Virus record (IMG/VR): IMGVR_UViG_3300034104_004745
Coordinates: 1 to 64,000 of that record
Reading direction: 5' to 3' (one strand)
DNA: 64,000 nt
DNA from: a virus
Lineage: Duplodnaviria > Heunggongvirae > Uroviricota > Caudoviricetes
The notes under the pieces are model-generated. The model made no database searches, was not told where the DNA came from, and worked only from the letters and a program-made list of their open reading frames with translations. Below, in pieces: positions 55,619-64,000 of the stretch (its first letter is position 1; each line of letters starts with the position of its first letter). The translations under genes and the position numbers were made by a program.

Positions 55619-56725
55619 TTATGATCTCCAACCACAATGGCCTGATGATGTTCCTCCATTTACTCCCGGCGCTAATCCGCTTACACTAGTAGTTCCAGTA
55701 TCAGTTGTGTAAGAAAACTTCCAACTTGTATTATTTTGTGCGCCATCATAATTTCCTAACATATATTGATGATCTTGCCCCATGGTAAAATTTTCTTCTC
55801 CACAGTTTGGATGTGGTTTTGAAACATTACCAATGTTAGTATCATTCGCGTTGCTCCATCTTCTTAGATTGTAACCCCCAGCATAACTACCCTCATTACC
55901 TGCATATCCTTTACCAACCTTAGAACTAATACCCTTTTGTTGAGAATGTGCTCCCCACATTCCAGTTGATGTAAATGTTTCGGAAGCAAAACTAAATTTT
56001 ATACCTGCCGCAGACGTCCACCCATAACCAAAATTTTCGTCAGAAAATGCCGAACCACCATCAGAACCATCAATTGTTGTTAAGTTGAACCCAGTCATTA
56101 TCGTTTCATTACTTAAATCAAACTTCTCAACAGTTGAGCTACCTCCAGTAAACATATATGCAAATTCTGTTTCTTTATGCATTGTACCTAAATCACTTCT
56201 ATTAGACGTGGTATTGAATCTAGCACTGTGAGCATAATTTGTGTCATTAGCCATATTAACCGCCGATGTTCTACTACTATGTACATCTCCGGGACCTTTG
56301 AATGTGTTGTCAGTGTTAACTGACCACACAAAGAAAATATATCTACTACAAGCTCCCGATGTATAAGATGCTGGATAATCCAATAACTCACCAATGTGTG
56401 ATGTTTGGTCTGTGGAATTTATTGTTTTATGTACGTTTTTCCATGGAGAAGAATTCTTATATCCACCAGCAAGATATGAAACAGCAATAATTTGTCTAAA
56501 CTTAAAACCAACATTAGAATTAACTTGTGAGGAAACTCTAACCCAACCATCGTCACCATTACTTAGTCCAGTATAGACCATAAGAAAACTACCACTAGCC
56601 GCTTCTTCAAGATACAAAGATCCTGTGACGGGGCTTGATGGCCTATTCCCTCTTGATCCTCTTGGTGGTTTCGATACACCTTGAACTCTTAAGGAACCAC
56701 TAATTTCTATATTATCGTGACGCAT
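55619..56725 (-). CDS. Adhesin-like tail-fibre tip protein, paralog 2 of 3 (368 aa; ...GHCGWRS).
   Basis: Tandem paralog. Confidence 0.65.
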   Translation of the reverse strand: MRHDNIEISGSLRVQGVSKPPRGSRGNRPSSPVTGSLYLEEAASGSFLMVYTGLSNGDDGWVRVSSQVNSNVGFKFRQIIAVSYLAGGYKNSSPWKNVHKTINSTDQTSHIGELLDYPASYTSGACSRYIFFVWSVNTDNTFKGPGDVHSSRTSAVNMANDTNYAHSARFNTTSNRSDLGTMHKETEFAYMFTGGSSTVEKFDLSNETIMTGFNLTTIDGSDGGSAFSDENFGYGWTSAAGIKFSFASETFTSTGMWGAHSQQKGISSKVGKGYAGNEGSYAGGYNLRRWSNANDTNIGNVSKPHPNCGEENFTMGQDHQYMLGNYDGAQNNTSWKFSYTTDTGTTSVSGLAPGVNGGTSSGHCGWRS

Positions 56726-56743
56726 ATTTTATAAATACTATTT

Positions 56744-57877
56744 TTAATTTCTCCAACCACAATGGCCTGATGATGTTCCCCCATTTACCCCAGGAGCTAA
56801 TCCAGAAGGATTAACAACACCTGTATCTGTTGCGTAAACAAATTTCCAGCTTGTGTTATTTTGTAAACCATCATAATTTCCTAACATATATTGGTGGTCT
56901 TGTCCCATAGTAAAGTTTTCTTCCCCACAGTTTCCATGTGGCTTTGCTACGTTACCAATATTGGTTTCATTAAACACATTCCATCTTCTCAAATTATAAC
57001 CACCATTATAATTCCCCTCATTTCCAGCATATCCTTTACCCCATTTGGAACTAATACCTTTTTGTTGACCGCTAGCACCCCACTGTTGGTTATTTGTAAA
57101 TGTGTCTGTTGCAAAATATAATTTGTTACCACTTTCCGACCCGTAACCATATCCATAATTTTCGTCTGAAAATCCAGAAGCACCTAATGAACTGGTAATA
57201 GATGTTTTTAATGTTAAGTATGGTTGCATATTAGGATAATATACACTATACATAACTTCATTAGTTAAATTGAATTTTTCAACTGTGGCCACACCACCAC
57301 CAAATACCCACGCAAATTCTGTCTCTTGAAATAATGTTCCAAGGTCATCCCTAGCGTTTGCTAAATCCCATTTTGATTGGTGCGCATATGCGGTTTCATT
57401 AACCATATGAACCCCAGTTGTCCAAGTTGAATGTATTTGTGTTGCCGATTTCCATGCGCCATCCGTATTAGTTGACCAAACAAATAATATAGATTTACTA
57501 CAAGCTCCGGATGTATACGATGCTGGATAATCCATTAATTCACCTAAGTGAACTGTTTGATCTGTCGCGTTAGTTGTTCTATGAACATTTTTCCAAGGAG
57601 AAGAATCTTTATAACCGCCAGCCAAGTATGAAAAGTTAATAATTTGTCTATATAAAAAACCAATTCTATCTGTATTTTGTGAGCCAACAGGTTCCCATCC
57701 ATCATCTCTATTTGATGCGGCTGTGTATGTAACAACAAAACTTCCACTGCTAGATTCTTCAAGATAAAGAGACCCTATTTCTGGGCTAGATGGTCTATTA
57801 GCTCTTGGCCCTCTAGGTATTATATATTGTCCACTAACATCTAAAGAGCCACTAACAATTACATTTTCTCTTAACAT
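56744..57877 (-). CDS. Adhesin-like tail-fibre tip protein, paralog 3 of 3 (377 aa; ...GHCGWRN).
   Basis: Tandem paralog with a divergent middle segment (VMYSVYYPNMQPYLTLKTSITSS). Confidence 0.65.
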   Translation of the reverse strand: MLRENVIVSGSLDVSGQYIIPRGPRANRPSSPEIGSLYLEESSSGSFVVTYTAASNRDDGWEPVGSQNTDRIGFLYRQIINFSYLAGGYKDSSPWKNVHRTTNATDQTVHLGELMDYPASYTSGACSKSILFVWSTNTDGAWKSATQIHSTWTTGVHMVNETAYAHQSKWDLANARDDLGTLFQETEFAWVFGGGVATVEKFNLTNEVMYSVYYPNMQPYLTLKTSITSSLGASGFSDENYGYGYGSESGNKLYFATDTFTNNQQWGASGQQKGISSKWGKGYAGNEGNYNGGYNLRRWNVFNETNIGNVAKPHGNCGEENFTMGQDHQYMLGNYDGLQNNTSWKFVYATDTGVVNPSGLAPGVNGGTSSGHCGWRN

Positions 57878-57894
57878 ACTTTAATATACGTATT

Positions 57895-60800
57895 TTATCC
57901 GGTAACAACAAGTCTTCCTGTTCTATTTGCAGCAAAAGTTACTGTAACAGTTGTTGATGTTATGTTTATTTCAGAAGGGAAGAACATATTATCACTACTA
58001 TCAAATACTTGGGCAGTTAAATTCGCTGTTCCTAAATTATGTGTAAAGCTAACGCTCGATACGTTTGAGAAAGTTGTTGAATTACTCATTGCCACTCTCT
58101 TCCATGATGCCCAGGTTCCATTGTTTTTCCCTCTAACATACATTATACCAGTTCTATAATCGCCATAAATTTGATGTTGCCAACTTGAACTATATATTTG
58201 TGAATATAATGCACCGTCTGTTGAGTTACCTGTTAAATTAGTTGAACTACCGTCAACGTTAGTTACATACGTTGTACCATTAGAATCTAACGTATTGGCA
58301 TTTACACCGGAAGTATTAGTATTTCTAAACCCAATACTATCAATTTGATCTGCGGTTGTTGCGCTTGTTGCGTTACCTGAAAATGTTGTTGCTGTTATAG
58401 TTCCGCCAGCAACTGTTAAATTACCCGCAATCCATACATTTCCTGTATTTCCATGTACCGCCATGTTTGTGGATCCATTACCTACAAAGACGTATTCATT
58501 TGGGTTAGTACTATTTGACCAAATATTACCTGGGCCACCAGTACCGTTGGTTCCATATTGAGCACCACTATTTCCAGCCCAAAATAATCCCCAACCATTA
58601 TTACTACCAGGTGTACCGGCCACATTCACCATCCATCCAGAATAATCTTGACTAAATCTAAATGGTGCAAAATTATCGCCACTACCGGTACTACCTACAT
58701 ATCCACTTATATACCCCGCGGACATTAATAAGTTACCACTAAATGTTTTATTTCCTCCGATTGTTTGGTCACCAGTTGTATAAACACCATTTGTTACTGT
58801 GGACGCATTACCAGAAAGTGCTCCCGAAAACGTTGGGGCAGTTACAGTACCAGGGAAAGATGTGTTACCACTAGCATCTAATAATGTTGCGGTTCTTGTT
58901 AAAGTAGAGAACGTTCCAGAATATTGTCTAACATGTATTGGTTCAGTAGCATCATCGGCTGTTGCGATTTCAACAAATCCAGAGTTTGATGCACCACCAA
59001 CTCTAATTCTAAAGAAGTCGTTGTCTGCTATTGTAGAATATAATAAATTAGCTTCACTACCTGCAGATACTGTTCTAATAACTTCGGTTGCGGTTGCAGC
59101 ATTACCAGTTGTATTCTGATTACCCGCGGTGTTTACCCCTGGTAAATCAATATTTGCTGAACCATTAAATGAAACACCACCTATGTTTCTTGCTGTGGCT
59201 AATATTGTTGCGGTTGCGGCGTTACCTGTTGTGCTTTGGTTCCATGTTGGAATATTACCCGCGTGATAAACCACGTTACCACCATATGTTAATGCGCCTG
59301 TACTTGCTCTACCTAAAGCTGTTGTATCACCATTACCAAAAACAATATAACCATTAGCAGCATTTTGCACACCCTGTATTCTAAATGTGTTGGCTGCATT
59401 TATATCTCCAATCCAAACATCATCACCAATTCTAAAGTTGGTACCATTACCATTATTACTTGTAATAACTTGATCAAATGTTGGGGCAGCAGTTGTAGCT
59501 ACTGATTGACCTATTGAAACTGTAACTGAACCGGTTGTTGTATCAACACCAACACCAGTTCCTGCGTTAACTGCAGTTACTTTCGCTGCGGTATATGCTG
59601 TACCAATAGATGAACCATTCCAAGTTCCAGAACTAATTGTTCCAGAAGAAACTGTTAATCCATTTATTGTACCTGTAACAACTAAGTTACCTGTGGCACT
59701 TTGTAGTGTCATTAATTCAACAGAACCGTTGGAATACCAGCCAAATTTAGGTGTGTTTCCAGTATTTGAATAAGCAGCCAAATTTGGTATATGCATCGAT
59801 AACGTTCTATTCGCAATATCGGAAGCTAATCCCATACCGTATGCTCCTGAACTTGCACCTCTCGCACCGAAACCGTACATGTACCAATCGGCAGTTGCAC
59901 TATTAATTATATTAGCACTAAATGTTTTTGTTCCACCAATTGTTTGATCACCGGTTGTATAAACACCATTTGTTACTGTACCCGCATTACCATCAACAGA
60001 AACACCTGTTAAAGTTTGAGATGCTGATGCTCTACCTAATGATATTGACGTTGTACCAATATTAAAAGATGAGTTTGCTAATTTAGTATTACTAACTGAC
60101 CCATCTACTAATTGAGATGCGTTAATTGTTTTGTTTGTTAACGTTTGGCTTGCGGTTCTTAATACAATATCATCTTCAGAGCCTAATGGGCCTGCGATCC
60201 ATTTATCATTAGAAGTGTCCCACAATAAAGATCCTGAAGTTAATGTTGACGCTGTTGCATCTCTAACAACAAGACCTGCATTTGTTGCGCCAGTACCATT
60301 TAATTGAATAATATTATCTGCAATATTAACAGTTGTCGAGTTTACGGTTGTTGTTGTTCCAGAAACTGTAAAGTTTCCTCTAACTGTAACATCTGCACCA
60401 CTTAAACTAAACGCACTATTAAATGAACTAGTAAATGTATTTAAACTACTTGTTGCTGTATTAATAGCATTGATAGCTGTTGTGTTAGAACTAGTGTAAC
60501 TATTTAAACTACTTGTTGCAGTATGAATTGCATTTATATTTGTAGTGTTACTACTTGTGTAACTGTTTAAACTTGCAGTTGCTGTATGAATTGCATTGAT
60601 ATTAGTTGTATTAGAACTAGTATATGAATTCAATGATGCTGTAGTGGATTCAATTGCACTTAATCTTCCACTTGCACTACTTGTAAATGTATTTAATGAA
60701 CCAGTACTTGTTTCAATTAAACCTAATCTAGTATTTTGAGTTGAATTGGTTGTGTTATTAGAACTTGTATATGAATTAAAATCTGTTCTAATTGATCCAC

Positions 60801-63800
60801 TAGCACTTTCAAGAGAATTTAATCTACTATTTGCACTTGATGTAAATGTATTTAAACTTCCAGTGCTTGTTTCGATTGAACCTAATCTGTTATTTGTACT
60901 TGATGTATAAGTGTTTAAAGAAGACGTTGTTGATTCAATAACACCAAGTCTTGTGTTTGTGCTTGAAGTATAACTGTTTAAAGAACCTGTTGATGTTTCA
61001 ACATTTCCTATTCTTGTAACAGCGTTATTGAATTCAGTTTCTCTAACAATTCTTTGCTCAGATCCTAGCTGACCCGCAATCCAATAATCATTACTTGCAT
61101 CCCATAATAATGAACCAGATACTTGATTTGGGCCTGTAGTATCTTTAACTCTTAAACCAGCATTGGTTGCACCAGTACCGTTAAGATTAATTAAATTGTT
61201 GTCAACATCTAATGTTGTTACATTAACGTTTGTTGTTGTTCCTTTAACTAATAAGTTACCTTTAACTGTTAAATTAGAACCAGTTAATTCTATTGCTGTT
61301 AATACCGAAGAAGAGAAGTTATTTAAGCTTCCTGTTGCAATTTGAATTGCCGTTATATTTGGACTTGATATGTTTTGAGTAACAGCAAGTGTTCCTGTAA
61401 TTTCAGTATTTGAATTAATTGAAACTTTAGTTCCTGTATCAGTTATATTACTATCACCAACGTGTTCATCGATAGTTGATTTAACTAATCTATTATTTGT
61501 TAAATGAATTTCATTACCAATATCATTGTAGGTTTCGGGACCCATTATTAATAATGCCGATGTTACAGATGATTGATTTTGATGAACAAATATCCATTCG
61601 TTCTCGGTAGCATCAAATAATAATGAACCGGACACTTGTGGACTAGAACCACTATCGATAACAGCAAGCCCACCGAATCTTACTGCCGGATTTTGTGCGT
61701 TTACTGTAATGATGTTATCTGCAATATTAACTACTGACGAACTAATGTGCTGTATCGATGATGAACCAGCAACTATTAAATCCTGTGAAATATATAATGA
61801 TCCTGTTATTGTTTGATTACCAATAAAAATATTTGATCCAGTTGTTGCGTAGCTTCCGGTTTTTCCTTCAATAGAACTAAGTCTATTGTCTTGTCCAGCA
61901 TCTGTTGTTGCTAAAGAAGAACTAAATGTTGAATAACCTGTTGTATTTGATAATGTAACTTGTGCAGAACCAGAAATAATATTCTCAGCATTCAATCTAT
62001 CCTTAATTGTTGTGTTAATTGAATTTGTGAAAGAATTTAATGATGCTGTTGTAGACTCAATTGTATTGAATCTTGTATTTGCACTACTAGTATATGTGTT
62101 TAATGAACCTGTTGTCGATTCTATAGTACCTAATCTAGTATTGTTACTACTTGTATAAGAATTAAGACTACTAGTAGATGTATGAATAGCATTTATAGTA
62201 CTATTTGTACTAGATGTATATGAATTAAAGTCGGTTCTAATACTACCACTAGCCGATTCTAAAGAATTTAATTTACTATTCGCACTAGATGTGAATGTAT
62301 TTAAACTACCAGTTGTTGATTCTATAGTACCTAATCTAGTACTATTGCTGGATGTATATGAATTAAAGTCGGTTCTAATACTTGAGCTAGCAGATTCTAA
62401 AGAATTTAATCTACTATTCGCACTGCTTGTAAACGAATTTAAAGAACCTGTTGTAGATTCTATTATACCTAATCTACTATTATTTGAAGATGTATAACTG
62501 TTTAATGAACTTGTAGTAGATTCTATTACACCTAACCTACTATTATTAGATGATGTGTAACCGTTAAAATCACTTATAATACTTGAACTAGCAGATTCTA
62601 AAGAATTTAATTTACTATTTGTACTAGACGTAAAACTGTTTAAACTACCAGTTGTAGTTTCAATAACACCTAATCTTGTATTATTACTAGCTGTATATGA
62701 ATTTAAACTAGCGGTTGCTGTTTGAATACTAGATGCTCTGGAATCTATTGAAGTTGAAAACGTATTGTATTCATTAACTAATATAATTCTTTCTTCGCTA
62801 CCTAATTTACCAGCTTTCCAATTATCTGTTGCACTATCCCAAAGTAATGATCCGGAAATAATACTAGCACCACTAGCATCTTGAACAACAAGGCCGGCAT
62901 TACTTGCTGCTGTTCCATTTAATTGAATAATATTATCACCAATATTAAGTGTTGTTGAATCAATTTGTGTTGTTGTTCCTTTAACTAATAAGTTACCTTT
63001 AACTGTTAGATTAGATCCAGTAATTTCTACCGCGCCTAATACTGAAGAACTAAATGTATTTAAACTACTTGTTGCAATATGAATTGCATTTATATTAGCT
63101 ATATTTGAACTGGTGTAAGAATTAATACTACCAGATGTGGTTTCTAACGCACTTAACTTATCATTTTGTGTTGTATTTGTTGTAGCATTACTAGATGTAT
63201 ATGAATTAAAGTCAGTTCTAATACTACCACTAGCACCTTCAAGAGAACTCAATCTACTATTTTGGGTAGTATTTGTTGAATCGTTTGAAGAAGTATAACT
63301 ATTGAAATCTGTTCTTATACTACCACTGGCACTTTCTAGAGAGCTTAATATACTATTCGCACTACTAGTAAAACTATATAGTGACGATGTTGAAGATTCT
63401 AATGAATTTAATTTTCCATTAACACTACCGGTAAATTGCTCGATTGAACTTGTAAAAACATTTAAAGATCCACTACTTGTTTCTAAAGCGGAAACTTTAT
63501 TGTCGTTTGAAGATGTATATGTATTGAATACTGTTTCATCTAATTTACCTGTCCCAATTGGTTGTCCATTTAAAGACATTGATCCTGTTATATCAACAGA
63601 ACCTGTAACAGATAATGAACCACTTATTGTTTGTAAACCAGTAAGTGAATTAGATCCAGTTGTCGCTATTCTAGCTGGATCAATGTAAACCACACCTCTG
63701 TCAGCTTCAAGATTTAATATGTCAGAAACTACAGAGATACTACTACCCATACCAGGATGAGCAGTACAATAATAATATAGGGTTGATGGTGTACTATCAG

Positions 63801-64000
63801 TAACCTCAATTTGAATATAATTCGGTGTTGCACCAGTAGTTACTCCCGTAGAATATATTGTACCTCCATTATGTGACCCATCATTTGTTGTTGAAAACCT
63901 AAAAGGGTGAGACCCTATATTTGCATATAAAAATCTATATGTAAACCCTTTAACTAATGTTAATTGAGGGTTTCTTACATTATCAATAAAATATTTACCT
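57895..64000 (-). CDS. Long tail fibre protein. It is 5'-partial: the reading frame stays open past the ATG at 63750 up to the window edge. At least 2034 codons are visible. The protein is Ser/Thr/Asn-rich with a modular repeat architecture and the lambda-Stf/T4-type side-tail-fibre repeat.
   Basis: NAATATILATARNIGGVSFNGSANI motif near 59050-59200. Four copies of a roughly 95-aa module (VKGNLLVKGTTT...NAGL.V.D...SGSLLWD...W.AG.LGSE). Long runs of roughly 22-aa SLNSYTSSNxTRLGxIESTTG repeats. No stop codon in frame between 63751 and 64000. Confidence 0.8.
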   Translation of the reverse strand, partial: GKYFIDNVRNPQLTLVKGFTYRFLYANIGSHPFRFSTTNDGSHNGGTIYSTGVTTGATPNYIQIEVTDSTPSTLYYYCTAHPGMGSSISVVSDILNLEADRGVVYIDPARIATTGSNSLTGLQTISGSLSVTGSVDITGSMSLNGQPIGTGKLDETVFNTYTSSNDNKVSALETSSGSLNVFTSSIEQFTGSVNGKLNSLESSTSSLYSFTSSANSILSSLESASGSIRTDFNSYTSSNDSTNTTQNSRLSSLEGASGSIRTDFNSYTSSNATTNTTQNDKLSALETTSGSINSYTSSNIANINAIHIATSSLNTFSSSVLGAVEITGSNLTVKGNLLVKGTTTQIDSTTLNIGDNIIQLNGTAASNAGLVVQDASGASIISGSLLWDSATDNWKAGKLGSEERIILVNEYNTFSTSIDSRASSIQTATASLNSYTASNNTRLGVIETTTGSLNSFTSSTNSKLNSLESASSSIISDFNGYTSSNNSRLGVIESTTSSLNSYTSSNNSRLGIIESTTGSLNSFTSSANSRLNSLESASSSIRTDFNSYTSSNSTRLGTIESTTGSLNTFTSSANSKLNSLESASGSIRTDFNSYTSSTNSTINAIHTSTSSLNSYTSSNNTRLGTIESTTGSLNTYTSSANTRFNTIESTTASLNSFTNSINTTIKDRLNAENIISGSAQVTLSNTTGYSTFSSSLATTDAGQDNRLSSIEGKTGSYATTGSNIFIGNQTITGSLYISQDLIVAGSSSIQHISSSVVNIADNIITVNAQNPAVRFGGLAVIDSGSSPQVSGSLLFDATENEWIFVHQNQSSVTSALLIMGPETYNDIGNEIHLTNNRLVKSTIDEHVGDSNITDTGTKVSINSNTEITGTLAVTQNISSPNITAIQIATGSLNNFSSSVLTAIELTGSNLTVKGNLLVKGTTTNVNVTTLDVDNNLINLNGTGATNAGLRVKDTTGPNQVSGSLLWDASNDYWIAGQLGSEQRIVRETEFNNAVTRIGNVETSTGSLNSYTSSTNTRLGVIESTTSSLNTYTSSTNNRLGSIETSTGSLNTFTSSANSRLNSLESASGSIRTDFNSYTSSNNTTNSTQNTRLGLIETSTGSLNTFTSSASGRLSAIESTTASLNSYTSSNTTNINAIHTATASLNSYTSSNTTNINAIHTATSSLNSYTSSNTTAINAINTATSSLNTFTSSFNSAFSLSGADVTVRGNFTVSGTTTTVNSTTVNIADNIIQLNGTGATNAGLVVRDATASTLTSGSLLWDTSNDKWIAGPLGSEDDIVLRTASQTLTNKTINASQLVDGSVSNTKLANSSFNIGTTSISLGRASASQTLTGVSVDGNAGTVTNGVYTTGDQTIGGTKTFSANIINSATADWYMYGFGARGASSGAYGMGLASDIANRTLSMHIPNLAAYSNTGNTPKFGWYSNGSVELMTLQSATGNLVVTGTINGLTVSSGTISSGTWNGSSIGTAYTAAKVTAVNAGTGVGVDTTTGSVTVSIGQSVATTAAPTFDQVITSNNGNGTNFRIGDDVWIGDINAANTFRIQGVQNAANGYIVFGNGDTTALGRASTGALTYGGNVVYHAGNIPTWNQSTTGNAATATILATARNIGGVSFNGSANIDLPGVNTAGNQNTTGNAATATEVIRTVSAGSEANLLYSTIADNDFFRIRVGGASNSGFVEIATADDATEPIHVRQYSGTFSTLTRTATLLDASGNTSFPGTVTAPTFSGALSGNASTVTNGVYTTGDQTIGGNKTFSGNLLMSAGYISGYVGSTGSGDNFAPFRFSQDYSGWMVNVAGTPGSNNGWGLFWAGNSGAQYGTNGTGGPGNIWSNSTNPNEYVFVGNGSTNMAVHGNTGNVWIAGNLTVAGGTITATTFSGNATSATTADQIDSIGFRNTNTSGVNANTLDSNGTTYVTNVDGSSTNLTGNSTDGALYSQIYSSSWQHQIYGDYRTGIMYVRGKNNGTWASWKRVAMSNSTTFSNVSSVSFTHNLGTANLTAQVFDSSDNMFFPSEINITSTTVTVTFAANRTGRLVVTG

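Noticed and set aside
54489-57877. A diversity-generating retroelement (DGR) as the source of adhesin paralog diversity.
   Set aside because: No reverse-transcriptase-like ORF (YxDD) is present in the window. The C-terminal regions of the paralogs are the most conserved parts rather than hypervariable, and no template or variable repeat pair with adenine-specific differences was evident.
60380-63560. Tandemly repeated roughly 66-nt units that could be mistaken for a CRISPR array or a VNTR.
   Set aside because: The repeats are imperfect, lie entirely inside one long ORF, and translate into roughly 22-aa Ser/Thr-rich protein repeats of the tail fibre. There are no unique spacers and no cas genes.
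57895-63750. A collagen-like (G-X-Y) fibre.
   Set aside because: Gly does not recur with period 3. The periodicity is roughly 22 aa with Ser, Thr, Asn or Leu at fixed positions, consistent with a coiled-coil or beta-helical fibre rather than collagen.
1-64000. Prophage or mobile-element boundaries (integrase, transposase, att sites).
   Set aside because: No integrase, recombinase or transposase motifs were found, and no flanking bacterial housekeeping genes. The whole window reads as virion and early-gene modules of a large lytic-type phage.

Overview
This AT-rich window (roughly 30% GC) is a contiguous piece of a large tailed bacteriophage genome. No integrase, transposase, rRNA, tRNA or CRISPR array is evident. 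Genes are densely packed and mostly on the minus strand: 1..40082 and 47755..64000 are minus, and a plus-strand block spans 40135..47762. The left 40 kb is dominated by small hypothetical ORFs typical of phage early and middle regions, with recognisable members:
- thymidylate synthase with large internal insertions
- a DnaQ-like 3'-5' exonuclease
- a calcineurin-like phosphoesterase
- a 2H (LigT-like) phosphoesterase
- an ArdC-like protein
- a DnaA-domain-IV-like DNA-binding protein
- an SPFH/band-7 protein
- a 1032-aa multidomain peptidoglycan hydrolase (peptidoglycan-binding, M23 and glucosaminidase domains)
- a block of metabolic genes: acyl-CoA thioesterase, HAD-like hydrolase, AdoMetDC-like pyruvoyl decarboxylase and an IscA/HesB Fe-S carrier
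- two PcfJ-like paralogs
- a lysis cassette: a secreted NlpC/P60 endolysin plus a holin-like membrane protein

The plus-strand block is a complete-looking glycan biosynthesis and tailoring island: two GT4 and two to three GT2 glycosyltransferases, a sugar O-methyltransferase and an NAD-dependent epimerase/dehydratase. It directly abuts a minus-strand tail-fibre module, which holds:
- a radical SAM/SPASM enzyme with a Cys-rich partner
- a second methyltransferase
- a translationally coupled polytopic inner-membrane protein and signal-peptide outer-membrane beta-barrel protein
- three tandem adhesin-like paralogs, about 65% identical, each ending in GHCGWR
- a >1950-aa Ser/Thr-rich, internally repetitive long tail fibre carrying the lambda-Stf/T4 side-tail-fibre repeat motif; its reading frame stays open to the window edge and encodes a cupredoxin-like C-x2-H-x2-M motif

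Signal peptides, a lipobox and a C-terminal aromatic residue on the beta-barrel suggest a Bacteroidetes (Flavobacteriia-like) host.

Two recurring sequence families stand out. One is a set of rho-independent terminators with the stem AAAAAACCGGN..CCGGTT. The other is the start-proximal motif ATATTTATATA-ATG (TATAAATAT core), present in front of at least 12 genes. Several six-frame-track ORFs begin at TTG or GTG and are re-called here to downstream ATG starts that carry this motif.

The most novel candidate is a phage-encoded glycosylation and post-translational modification system (glycosyltransferases, methyltransferases, radical SAM/SPASM enzyme, IscA, inner- and outer-membrane proteins) wrapped around the fibre and adhesin genes.
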